Below, in pieces: positions 49,643 to 60,127 of a DNA stretch of 64,000 bases; the first letter of the stretch is position 1, and each line of letters opens with the position of its first letter. The notes under the pieces were generated by a model that was not told where the DNA came from, searched no databases, and saw only the letters and a program-made list of their open reading frames with translations. This DNA is from Curvibacter sp. Lineage in GTDB: Bacteria > Pseudomonadota > Gammaproteobacteria > Burkholderiales > Burkholderiaceae_C. The stretch spans positions 101,011 through 165,010 of the forward strand of contig JASJPI010000003.1 in assembly GCA_031426755.1 (NCBI GenBank), read 5' to 3'. The translations under genes were made by a program, and so were the position numbers.

Positions 49643-49662
49643 TCTTATATAAGACATAAGAC
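49643..49662. promoter_or_regulatory. Candidate operator in the gntR-mdh divergent region: 12-bp perfect palindrome plus tandem heptamers
   Basis: TCTTATATAAGA (49643-49654) overlaps ATAAGAC ATAAGAC (49649-49662). It lies in an AT-rich stretch between the regulator gene and mdh. Confidence 0.35.
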
Positions 49663-49761
49663 AAATTGATAAATCAGGGTTTTCGCGGTACACTTGGCGC
49701 CGCATCCGGGGCCCGGTTACGTCCCGGTTACACCGTTCACAACACTTCTGGAGTTTTCACC

Positions 49762-50748
49762 ATGAGCAAAAAGCCCGTCCGCGTTGCTGTTACTGGCGCC
49801 GCAGGCCAAATCGGTTACGCCCTGTTGTTCCGCATCGCTTCCGGCGAAATGCTGGGCAAGGATCAGCCCGTCATCCTGCAATTGCTCGAAATCCCCGATG
49901 AGAAGACCCAGAAGGCCCTCAAGGGTGTGATGATGGAACTCGACGACTGCGCCTTCCCGCTGCTGGCCGGCATGGAAGCCCACAGCGACCCGATGACCGC
50001 CTTCAAGGACGTCGACTACGCCCTGCTGGTGGGTTCGCGTCCGCGTGGCCCCGGCATGGAGCGTGCCGAGCTGCTGGCCGTCAACGGTGCCATCTTCACG
50101 GCCCAGGGCAAGGCCCTCAACGCCGTGGCCAGCCGCAACGTCAAGGTCCTGGTGGTTGGCAACCCGGCCAACACCAATGCCTACATTGCCATGAAGAGCG
50201 CGCCCGACCTGCCGCGCAAGAACTTCACCGCCATGCTGCGCCTGGACCATAACCGCGCGGCCAGCCAGATCGCTGCCAAGACCGGCAAGGCTGTGGCTGA
50301 CATCGAGAAGCTCACCGTGTGGGGCAATCACTCGCCCACCATGTACGCCGACTACCGCTTCGCCACCATTCAGGGCGAGAGCGTGGCCAAGATGATCAAC
50401 GACCAGGAGTGGAACGCCAACGTGTTCCTGCCCACCGTGGGCAAGCGCGGCGCTGCCATCATCGAGGCACGTGGCCTGTCGTCGGCTGCTTCGGCTGCCA
50501 ATGCCGCCATCGACCACATGCGCGACTGGGCCCTGGGCACCAAGGGCAAGTGGGTCACCATGGGCATTCCGTCGGATGGCCAGTACGGCATTCCGAAGGA
50601 CACCATGTTCGGCTTCCCGGTGACCTGCGAAAACGGCGAGTACAAGGTGGTTGAAGGCCTGGCCATCGACGCTTTCTCGCAAGAACGCATCAACATCACC
50701 CTGGCCGAGTTGCAAGGCGAGCAGGACGGCGTCAAGCACCTGCTGTAA
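49762..50748 (+). CDS. mdh: Malate dehydrogenase (LDH-like, 328 aa)
   Basis: [37 protein letters not shown] and WGNHS motifs. ATG 49762 lies inside the 49666 ORF. Confidence 0.95.
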   Translation: MSKKPVRVAVTGAAGQIGYALLFRIASGEMLGKDQPVILQLLEIPDEKTQKALKGVMMELDDCAFPLLAGMEAHSDPMTAFKDVDYALLVGSRPRGPGMERAELLAVNGAIFTAQGKALNAVASRNVKVLVVGNPANTNAYIAMKSAPDLPRKNFTAMLRLDHNRAASQIAAKTGKAVADIEKLTVWGNHSPTMYADYRFATIQGESVAKMINDQEWNANVFLPTVGKRGAAIIEARGLSSAASAANAAIDHMRDWALGTKGKWVTMGIPSDGQYGIPKDTMFGFPVTCENGEYKVVEGLAIDAFSQERINITLAELQGEQDGVKHLL

Positions 50749-50758
50749 GGAAGGCAGC

Positions 50759-51883
50759 ATGTTCCCGACGCCAGAGGCATCGGGCCTTCGGGCCGTCCCC
50801 GCCCACGCAGGTGGGCGGGGAGCCGCGGCCCTCAGTCCGCGCGACATCCTCCTTGGCGCCCAGGCCGCGGCCGGCTTCTTGCCGGTCTGCGACCATTACA
50901 GCGGCGTCGAGGTCCGGATGCGCAAGAGCCTGCAGCTGCAGGCTGAGATGATTGCCGAGTTCGGGGCCTGCGTCTTCGACGTGTCACTCGACTGCGAAGA
51001 CGGTGCCCCGGTGGGCGGCGAGCGCGACCATGCCCAGATGGTGGTGGCGCTGGCCAAGGAAGCGCAGGAGGCCGCCCGCAAGGCGGCCTTGCCGGCGGCG
51101 CCACGCGTCGCCGTGCGCGTGCATCCGGTGGACCATGCGGCGTTCGAGGCCGATGTGGCGGCCATCGTTGGCGATGCCGGTAAGGCCTTGTGCCACCTGA
51201 TGATTCCCAAGGTCGAGACGGTGGCCGATGTCGAGCGGGCCGTGGCTGCGATTGACGGTGCCGCCCGTTCTGCCGGCCGGGTCGAGCCCTTGCCGTTGCA
51301 GGTGCTGCTGGAGTCGCCGGCTGCCGTGCACCGTGCTTTCGATATTGCCGCGCATCCGCGTGTGCAGTCCATCAGCTTCGGTCTGATGGATTTCGTGTCG
51401 GCTCACGGCGGCGCCATTCCTGCCAGTGCCATGAGTTCTCGTCCTGACGCGCAGTCCGGAGAACTGGGCCAGTTCAGCCATCCGCTGGTGGTGCGTGCCA
51501 AGCTGGAAATTGCCGCCGCTTGCCATGCCCACGGCAAAGTGCCTTCCCATTGTGTGGTCACTGAATTCAGTGATACTGAAGCCATGAAAGCGGCTGCCGC
51601 CAAGGCGGCCCGGGAGTTGGGCTACACGCGCATGTGGAGCATTCACCCAAGCCAGATTCGTCCCATCCTGGAGGCACTGGCGCCGAGCGGTTCGGAGATC
51701 GAACGCGCCGCAGCCATCATCGAGGCTGCCGCGCACGCGCAGTGGGCGCCCGTGAGCTTTGAAGGCCAGTTGCATGACCGCGCCAGTTACCGCTATTTCT
51801 GGCAGGTGCTGGAGCGGGCGCACCAGACCGGGCGCCATTTGCCCGAGAGTGTGCAGGCCTATTTCCAGATGGCAGGTCGTTAA
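50759..51883 (+). CDS. HpcH/HpaI aldolase / citrate lyase beta (CitE)-like family protein
   Basis: 374 aa. [22 protein letters not shown] and SFGLMDF resemble CitE/malyl-CoA lyase-type motifs. AGGAAGG lies upstream of ATG 50759. The family assignment is from memory of motifs only. Confidence 0.6.
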   Translation: MFPTPEASGLRAVPAHAGGRGAAALSPRDILLGAQAAAGFLPVCDHYSGVEVRMRKSLQLQAEMIAEFGACVFDVSLDCEDGAPVGGERDHAQMVVALAKEAQEAARKAALPAAPRVAVRVHPVDHAAFEADVAAIVGDAGKALCHLMIPKVETVADVERAVAAIDGAARSAGRVEPLPLQVLLESPAAVHRAFDIAAHPRVQSISFGLMDFVSAHGGAIPASAMSSRPDAQSGELGQFSHPLVVRAKLEIAAACHAHGKVPSHCVVTEFSDTEAMKAAAAKAARELGYTRMWSIHPSQIRPILEALAPSGSEIERAAAIIEAAAHAQWAPVSFEGQLHDRASYRYFWQVLERAHQTGRHLPESVQAYFQMAGR

Positions 51884-51916
51884 AGTGTCAGGTCGTTGAA
51901 TCACCCAAGGAGACGC

Positions 51917-52477
51917 ATGATGAAAGCATTGATTACCCTGGTTCTGGTGGCTGTCCTGCCGGTGTCGTTGCTGGCGCAGAACCTGCCCTCGCGCAAGACG
52001 CACTTTGCCCAGAGCAAAAAAACGCAGCCGGCCAGGACGGTGGTTGCTGCGGCCACGCCGGCGCCGGCACCCGTCCCGCTTTCACCGGCGGCGCTGGAGC
52101 TCGCTGAACGCGTGCAGGTGGGGCATGTACCGTGCGAACTGGGCGCCTCCGTCACGGTCGATGCCGATCCCAAGGCGCCGGGCTATTTCCATGTGCGCCT
52201 GGGCAAGGAGATTTTCCACATGGCGCCGGTGGTGACCTCGACCGGTGCCATGCGCCTGGAAGACCAGCATGCCGGCGCCGTCTGGCTGCAACTGGCCAAC
52301 AAGTCGATGCTGGTCAGCACCAAACTGGGCAAGCGCCTGGTTGACGCCTGCATGAACCCGTCCCAGGTGGCGGTTGCCGCCGCCATGGAGAAGAACCCAC
52401 CACCCTCCCTGCTGGATCCTGTGACCCCGCCTGCTTCCCTGCGGAACGCCATGGCACTCCAGGATGCTGCGGAATAA
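51917..52477 (+). CDS. Hypothetical secreted protein
   Basis: Signal peptide MMKALITLVLVAVLPVSLLAQ. GGAGA lies upstream. GC3-rich. I recognise no family. ATG 51920 is an equally possible start. Confidence 0.5.
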   Translation: MMKALITLVLVAVLPVSLLAQNLPSRKTHFAQSKKTQPARTVVAAATPAPAPVPLSPAALELAERVQVGHVPCELGASVTVDADPKAPGYFHVRLGKEIFHMAPVVTSTGAMRLEDQHAGAVWLQLANKSMLVSTKLGKRLVDACMNPSQVAVAAAMEKNPPPSLLDPVTPPASLRNAMALQDAAE

Positions 52478-52542
52478 ATAGCAGATCAAGCCCAAGCGAC
52501 ACGGGCTGGAACCATTTTTGATTGTTGAAGAAGGAGCTTTTC

Positions 52543-55128
52543 ATGTTGCAAGCCTACCGCGCCCATGTCGCAGAACGCGCCGCGCTCGGCATTCCCCCGC
52601 TGCCGTTGTCTGCCAAACAGACTGCCGAACTGATCGAACTGCTGAAGAACCCGCCCAAGGGCGAGGAAGCCACGCTGGTCGATCTGATCACCCACCGCGT
52701 TCCCGCCGGCGTGGACGATGCCGCCAAGGTCAAGGCCAGCTACCTGGCTGCCGTAGCCCACGGCACCGAGAAGTGCACCCTGATTTCGCGCGAGAAGGCC
52801 ACCGAACTGCTGGGCACCATGCTGGGCGGCTACAACCTCACGCCGCTGATCGACCTGCTGGATGACAGCGCCGTGGCCGCCGTCGCCGCCGAAGGCCTGA
52901 AGAAGACCCTGCTGATGTTCGACCAGTTCCACGACGTCAAGGAAAAGGCCGACAAGGGCAATGCCCACGCCAAGGCCGTGCTGCAAAGCTGGGCCGATGC
53001 CGAGTGGTTCACCAGCCGTCCCGAAGTGCCCCGGAGCATCACGCTGACCGTGCTGAAGGTGACCGGCGAGACCAACACCGACGACCTGTCGCCCGCCCCT
53101 GATGCCTGGAGCCGACCCGACATTCCGCTGCACGCGCTGGCCATGCTCAAGAACAAGCGCGACGGCATCACGCCCGAGGAAGACGGCAAGCGCGGTCCGG
53201 TGAAGTTCATCGAGGATCTGCGTGCCAAGGGCAACCTGGTGGCCTACGTCGGTGACGTGGTCGGTACCGGCTCGTCCCGCAAGTCCGCAACCAACTCCGT
53301 GCTGTGGTTCACCGGCGAAGACATTCCCTTCGTGCCGAACAAGCGTTTCGGCGGCGTCTGCCTCGGCTCCAAGATCGCCCCGATCTTCTACAACACCATG
53401 GAAGATGCCGGCGCCCTGCCGATCGAGCTCGATGTGAGCCAGATGGCCATGGGCGACACCATCGAGCTGCGTCCCTATGAAGGCAAGGCCCTGAAGGACG
53501 GCAAGGTGATTGCCGAGTTCACGGTCAAGAGCGAGGTGCTGTTCGACGAAGTGCGCGCCGGTGGCCGCATTCCGCTGATCATCGGCCGCGGTCTGACCGG
53601 CAAGGCGCGCGAAGCGCTGGGCCTGCCGGCCTCCACGCTGTTCCGCCTGCCGCAGGTTCCCAAGAGCCACGGCAAGGGTTTCTCGCTGGCACAGAAGATG
53701 GTCGGCCGCGCCTGTGGCCTGCCCGAAGGCCAGGGCGTGCTGCCCGGCACCTACTGCGAACCGAAGATGACCTCGGTCGGCTCGCAGGACACCACCGGCC
53801 CGATGACCCGCGACGAACTGAAAGACCTGGCCTGCCTGGGCTTCAGCTCCGATCTGGTGATGCAGTCCTTCTGCCACACCGCCGCCTACCCGAAGCCGGT
53901 GGACGTGAAGATGCACCATGAGCTGCCCGAGTTCATCAGCAACCGCGGCGGCATTGCGCTGCGCCCGGGCGACGGCATCATTCACAGCTGGCTCAACCGC
54001 ATGCTGCTGCCCGACACCGTCGGCACCGGCGGCGACAGCCACACCCGCTTCCCGATCGGCATCAGCTTCCCGGCCGGCTCCGGCCTGGTGGCCTTCGCCG
54101 CCGCCACCGGCGTCATGCCGCTGGACATGCCGGAGTCGGTGCTGGTGCGCTTCAAGGGCCAGATGCAGCCCGGCGTCACGCTGCGTGACCTGGTGCATGC
54201 CATCCCGCTGTACGCCATCAAGGCCGGCCTGCTGACGGTCGAGAAGAAGGGCAAGAAGAACATCTTCTCCGGCCGCATTCTCGAAATCGAAGGTTTGCCC
54301 GACATGAAGGTGGAGCAGGCGTTCGAGCTGTCCGACGCCTCGGCCGAGCGTTCCGCCGCCGGCTGCACGGTGCGTCTGAACAAGGAGCCGATCATCGAGT
54401 ACATCAACTCGAACATCGTGCTGCTGAAGAACATGATCGCCCAGGGCTACGCCGACGCGCGCACCATCGGCCGCCGCATCAAGGCCATGGAAGCCTGGCT
54501 GGCCAAGCCGGAGCTGCTGGCGCCCGATGCCGATGCCGAGTACGCCGCCGTGATCGAGATCGACCTGGCCGAGATCACCGAGCCGATCGTCTGCTGCCCG
54601 AACGACCCGGACGACGCCAAGACGCTGTCGGACGTGGCCGGCGCCAAGATCGACGAAGTGTTCATCGGTTCGTGCATGACCAACATCGGCCACTTCCGCG
54701 CCGCTTCCAAGCTGCTCGAAGGCAAGAAGGACATCCCGGTCAAGCTGTGGATGGCGCCGCCGACCAAGATGGACGCGCACCAGCTGACCGAAGAAGGCCA
54801 CTACGGCGTGTTCGGTGCGGCCGGTGCCCGCATGGAAATGCCGGGTTGCTCGCTGTGCATGGGCAACCAGGCACAGGTGAAGGAGGGCGCCACCGTGATG
54901 TCCACCAGCACGCGCAACTTCCCCAACCGCCTGGGCAAGAACACCAATGTCTACCTGGGTTCGGCCGAGCTGTCGACGGTCGCGTCCAAGCTGGGCCGCA
55001 TCCCGACCAAGGCCGAGTACCTGGCCGACATGGGCGTGCTGTCTGCCAATGGCGACAAGGTCTACAAGTACCTGAACTTCGACCAGATCGAGGAGTACAA
55101 GGACGTGGCCGCCTCCGTGGTCGCCTGA
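52543..55128 (+). CDS. acnB: Aconitate hydratase 2 / 2-methylisocitrate dehydratase
   Basis: 861 aa. The AcnB-specific N-terminal HEAT-like domain begins [22 protein letters not shown]. Fe-S ligand regions [14 protein letters not shown] and [16 protein letters not shown] lies upstream of ATG 52543. Confidence 0.95.
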   Translation: MLQAYRAHVAERAALGIPPLPLSAKQTAELIELLKNPPKGEEATLVDLITHRVPAGVDDAAKVKASYLAAVAHGTEKCTLISREKATELLGTMLGGYNLTPLIDLLDDSAVAAVAAEGLKKTLLMFDQFHDVKEKADKGNAHAKAVLQSWADAEWFTSRPEVPRSITLTVLKVTGETNTDDLSPAPDAWSRPDIPLHALAMLKNKRDGITPEEDGKRGPVKFIEDLRAKGNLVAYVGDVVGTGSSRKSATNSVLWFTGEDIPFVPNKRFGGVCLGSKIAPIFYNTMEDAGALPIELDVSQMAMGDTIELRPYEGKALKDGKVIAEFTVKSEVLFDEVRAGGRIPLIIGRGLTGKAREALGLPASTLFRLPQVPKSHGKGFSLAQKMVGRACGLPEGQGVLPGTYCEPKMTSVGSQDTTGPMTRDELKDLACLGFSSDLVMQSFCHTAAYPKPVDVKMHHELPEFISNRGGIALRPGDGIIHSWLNRMLLPDTVGTGGDSHTRFPIGISFPAGSGLVAFAAATGVMPLDMPESVLVRFKGQMQPGVTLRDLVHAIPLYAIKAGLLTVEKKGKKNIFSGRILEIEGLPDMKVEQAFELSDASAERSAAGCTVRLNKEPIIEYINSNIVLLKNMIAQGYADARTIGRRIKAMEAWLAKPELLAPDADAEYAAVIEIDLAEITEPIVCCPNDPDDAKTLSDVAGAKIDEVFIGSCMTNIGHFRAASKLLEGKKDIPVKLWMAPPTKMDAHQLTEEGHYGVFGAAGARMEMPGCSLCMGNQAQVKEGATVMSTSTRNFPNRLGKNTNVYLGSAELSTVASKLGRIPTKAEYLADMGVLSANGDKVYKYLNFDQIEEYKDVAASVVA

Positions 55129-55143
55129 CCTGCCTCTCCCCTG

Positions 55144-55203
55144 ACCGGGCCCGTCTGCGGCCCGGTTTTCAAAGCCCCTCGGTTCGCGCCGCGGGGCTTT
55201 TTT
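55144..55203 (+). terminator. Tandem stem-loops after acnB
   Basis: ACCGGGCC-N7-GGCCCGGTTTT, then AAAGCCCC...GGGGCTTTTTT. Confidence 0.7.
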
Positions 55204-55227
55204 CTTGTCCATTCGATAATCGGCGGC

Positions 55228-55596
55228 ATGAATGCCATCACCTCACTGCCCCTGTCGGTGCAAACCGTGCTGCTGCTGATCGGCAGCAATGTGTTCATGA
55301 CCTTTGCCTGGTACGGCCACCTGAAGAACCTGGCCACGGCGCCCTGGTACCTGGCGGCGCTGGCGAGTTGGGGCATCGCCCTGTTCGAGTACCTGCTGCA
55401 GGTGCCGGCCAATCGCATCGGCTTTCAGCAGGCCGGCTTCACGGTCGGCCAGCTCAAGATCGTGCAGGAAGTGGTGACGCTCAGCGTGTTTCTGCCCTTT
55501 GCCATGCTCTACCTGAAGGAGCCGTTCAAGCTGGACTATGTCTGGGCGGCGCTGTGCATGGTCGGGGCCGTGTATTTCATCTTCCGTAGTGCCTGA
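55228..55596 (+). CDS. DUF486 / DMT-superfamily small membrane protein
   Basis: 122 aa with four hydrophobic helices. NVFMTFAWYGHLK and GQLKIVQEVVTL match my recollection of DUF486. Confidence 0.65.
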   Translation: MNAITSLPLSVQTVLLLIGSNVFMTFAWYGHLKNLATAPWYLAALASWGIALFEYLLQVPANRIGFQQAGFTVGQLKIVQEVVTLSVFLPFAMLYLKEPFKLDYVWAALCMVGAVYFIFRSA

Positions 55597-55679
55597 AATG
55601 GGGATGGTTGCGACGTGGCGGTTAAACTTTACCCCGTTTTCAGTGATTTCACTGACCTGTCAAGAATTAGGAGAGCTCC

Positions 55680-56327
55680 ATGCTGTTTGGGAAATTAATG
55701 CCGCGCGACGGCAACTTTTTTGAAATGTTCAATCAGCATGCGGACCGCATCGTGGAGGCGGCCCGTGCTTTTTCCCAACTGGTGGCGCACTACAGCGACC
55801 TCAATCTGCGCGACCAGTACAACCGTGATGTCGATGCCGCCGAGCAGGCCGCCGACCGCATCACGCATGACGTGAACAAGGCGCTGCACAAGACCTTCAT
55901 CACGCCGATCGACCGCGAGCAGATCCACTCGCTGATCAACACCATGGACGATGTGGCCGACCTGATCCAGGATGCCGCCGAGACCATGGCGCTGTACGAC
56001 GTGCACCACATGACGGAGGAGATCGTCCGCCTGACCGAGCTCAGCGTGAAGTGCTGCGAGCGCGTCAAGGATGCGGTCTATCTGCTGGACAACATCGGCG
56101 ACGCCAAGACGGCGGAAGCCGCGCTCAAGACCTGCGAGGAGATCGACCGCCTGGAGTCCGATGCCGACCGCGTGATGCGCACCGCCATGAGCAAGCTGTT
56201 CCGCGAGGAACCCGATGTGCGCGAGGTGATCAAGCTCAAGGCCATCTACGAGCTGCTGGAGACGGTGACCGACAAGTGCGAGGACGTGGCCAACCAGATC
56301 GAGGGCATCGTCCTCGAAAACGCCTGA
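55680..56327 (+). CDS. DUF47 (PhoU-like) phosphate transport regulator
   Basis: 215 aa. MLFGKLMPRDGNFFEMFNQHA and FITPIDREQIHSLINTMDDVADLI. Directly upstream of pit. Confidence 0.85.
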   Translation: MLFGKLMPRDGNFFEMFNQHADRIVEAARAFSQLVAHYSDLNLRDQYNRDVDAAEQAADRITHDVNKALHKTFITPIDREQIHSLINTMDDVADLIQDAAETMALYDVHHMTEEIVRLTELSVKCCERVKDAVYLLDNIGDAKTAEAALKTCEEIDRLESDADRVMRTAMSKLFREEPDVREVIKLKAIYELLETVTDKCEDVANQIEGIVLENA

Positions 56328-56339
56328 TCGGGCCCCGGC

Positions 56340-57350
56340 ATGGAAAGCGTACAGAGCGCCCTCTGGGTGATCCTTCTGCTGGTGTTTCTGGCACTGGCCT
56401 TCGACTTCATGAACGGGTTTCATGACGCCGCCAACTCAATCGCCACGGTGGTGTCCACCGGCGTGCTGCGGCCGGGGCAGGCGGTGCTGTTTGCCGCCTT
56501 CTTCAATTTCGTGGCCATCTTCATCTTCCACCTCAGTGTGGCGGCGACGGTGGGCAAGGGCATCGTGCAGCCCGGCATCGTCGATACCCACGTGGTGTTC
56601 GGTGCGCTGATCGGCGCCATCACCTGGAACCTGATCACCTGGTACTACGGCATTCCCAGCAGCTCGTCGCACGCGCTGATCGGCGGCATCGTCGGTGCCG
56701 TGATCGGCAAGGCGGGCACCGAGGCGCTGATCTCCACCGGCATCATCAAGACCGTGGTTTTCATCTTCGTCTCGCCGTTCCTTGGCTTCCTGCTGGGCTC
56801 GCTGATGATGCTGCTGGTGGCCTGGGTGTTCCGTCGTACGGCGCCGTCGCGGGTGGACCGTTGGTTCCGCCGTCTGCAGCTGGTGTCGGCCGGGGCCTAC
56901 AGCCTGGGCCACGGCGGCAACGATGCGCAGAAGACCATCGGCATCATCTGGATGCTGCTGGTGGCGACGGGTTACATGACCTCGGTGGACACCGCGCCGC
57001 CGGCCTGGACGGTGGTGAGCTGCTACATGGCTATCGGTGCCGGCACCATGTTCGGCGGCTGGCGCATCGTCAAGACCATGGGGCAGAAGATCACCAAGCT
57101 CAAGCCGGTGGGGGGCTTCTGTGCCGAGACCGGCGGTGCGCTGACCCTGTTCCTGGCGACCGCCCTGGGCATTCCGGTGTCCACCACGCACACCATCACC
57201 GGTGCCATCGTCGGGGTGGGGTCGGCCCAACGTGCCAGTGCCGTGCGTTGGGGCGTCGCGGGCAACATCGTCTGGGCCTGGATCTTCACCATCCCGGCCA
57301 GTGCCTTCGTGGCGATCGTGGCCTACTGGGTCAGTCTGAAACTCTTCTGA
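56340..57350 (+). CDS. pit: Inorganic phosphate transporter, PiT family
   Basis: 336 aa polytopic protein. FDFMNGFHDAANSIATVV and HGGNDAQKTIG signature repeats. Confidence 0.9.
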   Translation: MESVQSALWVILLLVFLALAFDFMNGFHDAANSIATVVSTGVLRPGQAVLFAAFFNFVAIFIFHLSVAATVGKGIVQPGIVDTHVVFGALIGAITWNLITWYYGIPSSSSHALIGGIVGAVIGKAGTEALISTGIIKTVVFIFVSPFLGFLLGSLMMLLVAWVFRRTAPSRVDRWFRRLQLVSAGAYSLGHGGNDAQKTIGIIWMLLVATGYMTSVDTAPPAWTVVSCYMAIGAGTMFGGWRIVKTMGQKITKLKPVGGFCAETGGALTLFLATALGIPVSTTHTITGAIVGVGSAQRASAVRWGVAGNIVWAWIFTIPASAFVAIVAYWVSLKLF

Positions 57351-57373
57351 TTGCTATTAAAAATATAGCGATT

Positions 57374-57401
57374 GGCGCTGAATCTGAAAGGATTCAGCGC
57401 C
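57374..57401. terminator. Shared stem-loop between convergent pit and TM2-domain genes
   Basis: GGCGCTGAATC-TGAAAG-GATTCAGCGCC (11-bp perfect stem) followed by ATTTTCATT on the + strand. The - strand side carries only a short mixed A/T run (AATCGCTATATTTTT). Confidence 0.65.
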
Positions 57402-57405
57402 ATTT

Positions 57406-57852
57406 TCATTCTGAAATCTTGCGTGCTTCCTCGATCTGGTACTCGAAGTAGCGCTGGAAGCTGAAGGCGATGCTGGCCATCAGGACCGTGGTGCCGATCA
57501 GCAGCGAGCAGGCGATGGCACCGATGGTCAGCCAACTGGTGCTGCCGGCGGGATGGTCGCTGGCGGCAGCCGGGTTGAAGCGGGCGTTCCACTTCTCGCG
57601 TGTCATGAGGCCGTAGACGATGGCGTTGAGGGCGCAACCGGCGATGGTGAAACCCACCAGCGGAATCAAGACCCAGCTCAGGGGGTCGTCCTGGCCATAC
57701 GTCTGCACCCGCTCAACACCATACAGGCCCAGGGCGGTGGGGATGGGCAGCAGCCAGCCGAGGACGTCGCCCAGGCCATAGAGGTAGAAGCGGTGCAGGC
57801 CCAACGGGCCGACGAGGAAGGTGAGCCAGGCGGCAAACGTCTTGTGTTTCAT
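57406..57852 (-). CDS. TM2-domain-like membrane protein
   Basis: 148 aa. FLVGPLGLHRFYLYG resembles the TM2 GxHRFYxG motif. Four hydrophobic segments. Confidence 0.55.
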   Translation of the reverse strand: MKHKTFAAWLTFLVGPLGLHRFYLYGLGDVLGWLLPIPTALGLYGVERVQTYGQDDPLSWVLIPLVGFTIAGCALNAIVYGLMTREKWNARFNPAAASDHPAGSTSWLTIGAIACSLLIGTTVLMASIAFSFQRYFEYQIEEARKISE

Positions 57853-57863
57853 GGTCGCTATTG

Positions 57864-58390
57864 TCAGGGAAGCGTCGGGTCGGTGCGGTTACCTTCACCA
57901 AGCGGCGTTTCCATGAGAACAATGTCCAGCCAGCGTCCGAACTTCCAGCCGCAAGCGTGAATGGTGCCGACCTGCCGGAAGCCGACGCTGCGATGAACGC
58001 CAATCGAGCCGGCGTTGGCTGAATCGCCGATGACGGCGATCAACTTGCGTACCCCGGCGTTTTGCGCCTGAACCGACAGTCCTGCGAGCAGCCGCCTGCC
58101 AGCCCCTGTCCCTGAGCGGCTGGGGCGACATAGACCGAGTCTTCCGCCGAGTAACGGTAGGCGGGACGGGGCTTGAACCAGTTGCAGTAAGCGTAGCCCA
58201 GCAACTGGCCTTGGTCTTCGGCGACCAGCCAGGGCAGGCCGCGCGCCAGCACCTCGGCACGGCGCGCCTGCATGTCGGCCGGCGAGGGCGGCTCCAGCTC
58301 GAAAGTCCCCGTGCCATGCAGCACGTGATGGGCGTAAATCGAGGTGATGGCAGTGATATCTTCGTCGCGGCTGGGGCGGATGATGGGCAT
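57864..58390 (-). pseudogene. GNAT N-acetyltransferase (phosphinothricin acetyltransferase-like) interrupted by a -1 nt frameshift near 58099
   Basis: The N-terminal frame (MPIIRPSRDEDITAITSIYAHHVLHGTGTFE...YRYSAEDSVYVAPAAQGQGL) runs into nonsense and TGA at 58040. A second frame continues with family-typical RRLLAGLSVQAQNAGVRKLIAVIGDSANAGSIGVHRSVGFRQVGTIHACGWKFGRWLDIVLMETPLGEG* (stop 57864). The total span is 551 nt (3n-1). The junction CTGGCAGG would read through as CTGGGCAGG. Confidence 0.7.
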
Positions 58391-58405
58391 AAGCGGCAGA
58401 AACGT

Positions 58406-58411
58406 TATAAT
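58406..58411 (+). promoter_or_regulatory. Candidate -10 hexamer TATAAT upstream of rpsP
   Basis: TATAAT followed by CACAGGCTTT, about 124 nt upstream of the rpsP ATG. Same arrangement as upstream of rpmF and rplS. No clear -35. Confidence 0.35.
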
Positions 58412-58534
58412 CACAGGCTTTTCAGTGTGTCGCTGGCCGGGTGGCTATGTCGCGTGTCTCAAACACTGAAGGATTTCGTACTGGATGGTTCCATTCGCAT
58501 CTGAATGGGATTTCCACCACCCAAAGGATAAATC

Positions 58535-58786
58535 ATGGTCGTTATTCGACTCTCTCGCGGCGGTTCCAAGGCTCGTCCGTTCTTCAACATTGTCGTGGCC
58601 GACAAGCGCACCCGTCGTGACGGCCGCTTCATCGAGCGCATCGGTTTCTACAACCCGATCGCCACCGCCAACGAGGAAAGCATCCGCATTGCGCAGGATC
58701 GTCTGACCTACTGGACCGGTGTGGGCGCACAGGCCTCCCCGACCGTGGAGCGCCTGATCAAGCAAGCCGCCAAGAAGGCAGCCTAA
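58535..58786 (+). CDS. rpsP: 30S ribosomal protein S16
   Basis: [41 protein letters not shown] is canonical S16. Confidence 0.97.
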   Translation: MVVIRLSRGGSKARPFFNIVVADKRTRRDGRFIERIGFYNPIATANEESIRIAQDRLTYWTGVGAQASPTVERLIKQAAKKAA

Positions 58787-58795
58787 ATTTCATCC

Positions 58796-59359
58796 ATGGT
58801 GCTCGGCCTCGAAGCCGCTGAATTGCCAGCGGACGCCATCGAAGTCGGGCGCATCCTGGATGCCTGGGGCATCAAGGGCTGGTTCAAGGTCCTGCCCTAC
58901 AGCGCCGATTCCGACGCGCTGTTTTCTTCCAAGCGCTGGTATCTGCTGCCGGCCGAAAAAGGTGCCAAAACCTTTGCCGGCCCGGTCCGGCTGGCCATCC
59001 GCGAAGCCAAAGAACATTCCGACTCGGTGGTGGCCTCGGCGCACGAGGTGCCCGACCGCAATGCGGCCGAAGCCTTGCGCGGTGCCCGCATCTTCGTGGC
59101 TCGTTCGAGTTTTCCCACGCCCGAGAAGGACGAGTACTACTGGGTCGATCTGATCGGCCTGGACGTGGTCAACCGCGAAGGCCTGGCCCTGGGAACGGTG
59201 CGCGAGCTGCTGTCCACTGGGCCGCAGACCGTGCTGGTGCTCGGCTACGAGCAGGACGGCAAGCCGCACGAGCGCATGATTCCCTTTGTTTCCGCCTATG
59301 TCGACGACGTGGATCTGGCGGCACGCCGCATCCGCGTCGACTGGCAACCCGACTATTGA
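58796..59359 (+). CDS. rimM: 16S rRNA processing protein RimM
   Basis: 187 aa. VGRILDAWGIKGWFKV, EYYWVDLIGL and IPFV...VDDVDLAARRIRVDW. rpsP-rimM-trmD-rplS synteny. Confidence 0.9.
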   Translation: MVLGLEAAELPADAIEVGRILDAWGIKGWFKVLPYSADSDALFSSKRWYLLPAEKGAKTFAGPVRLAIREAKEHSDSVVASAHEVPDRNAAEALRGARIFVARSSFPTPEKDEYYWVDLIGLDVVNREGLALGTVRELLSTGPQTVLVLGYEQDGKPHERMIPFVSAYVDDVDLAARRIRVDWQPDY

Positions 59360-59371
59360 GGCGTTCAGGCC

Positions 59372-60127
59372 ATGCGCTTCGACGTCCTCACCCTGTTTCC
59401 CGAACTGTTTGCGCCGCTGCTCACCAGCGGTATCACGCGGCGCGCCTACGAGTCGGGCCAGGTGCAGGTGAATCTGCACAATCCGCGCGACTTTGCCGAG
59501 GGTAACTACCGTCGCGTCGACGACCGGCCATTTGGCGGCGGTCCCGGCATGGTCATGATGGCCGAGCCGCTGTCGCGCTGCCTGCAGCAGGCCCAGACGC
59601 AGCGTGGCGCGCGCGCACCGGTGGTGCTGTTTTCGCCCTTGGGCCAGCCGCTCAACCACGCCATGGCGGCGCGCTGGGCCGCCAGCGAGGGCGCGGTGCT
59701 GGTCTGCGGCCGCTACGAAGGCATCGACCAGCGCTTCATCGATGCCCATGTGGACGAACAGATCAGCCTGGGCGACTTCGTGCTCTCCGGCGGTGAAATC
59801 GCCGCCATGGCGCTGCTCGACGCCGTGGCGCGGCTGCAGCCCGGCGTCCTGGGCGACGCCGACAGCCATGCCCAGGACAGCTTCAACCCGGCGCTGGACG
59901 GACTGCTCGATTGCCCGCACTACACCCGGCCAGAGACCTGGGACGGGCAGGGCGTCCCGGAGGCGCTGCTGTCCGGCCACCACGGCCAGATCGAGCGTTG
60001 GCGCCGCGAACAACGCCTGCAGCTCACCGCCCGTCTGCGGCCGGAGTTGATTGCCCAGGCCCGTGCGGCCGGCCGGTTGAGCCGTCAGGACGAGGTTTTT
60101 CTGGCGGAATTGGTGAAGCACCCCTAG
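59372..60127 (+). CDS. trmD: tRNA (guanine37-N1)-methyltransferase
   Basis: [47 protein letters not shown] and [14 protein letters not shown]. Confidence 0.95.
   Translation: MRFDVLTLFPELFAPLLTSGITRRAYESGQVQVNLHNPRDFAEGNYRRVDDRPFGGGPGMVMMAEPLSRCLQQAQTQRGARAPVVLFSPLGQPLNHAMAARWAASEGAVLVCGRYEGIDQRFIDAHVDEQISLGDFVLSGGEIAAMALLDAVARLQPGVLGDADSHAQDSFNPALDGLLDCPHYTRPETWDGQGVPEALLSGHHGQIERWRREQRLQLTARLRPELIAQARAAGRLSRQDEVFLAELVKHP

Noticed and set aside
52486-55212. 908-aa ORF on the reverse strand opposite acnB
   Set aside because: It is antisense to a textbook AcnB. The composition is dominated by G/A/R/V/H/Q/L, it has no RBS, and it is an artefact of high GC3.
57895-58317. 140-aa reverse ORF over the GNAT locus
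   Set aside because: It is the third frame across the frameshifted acetyltransferase. The translation is Arg-rich nonsense, whereas the other two frames together reconstruct a complete GNAT protein.
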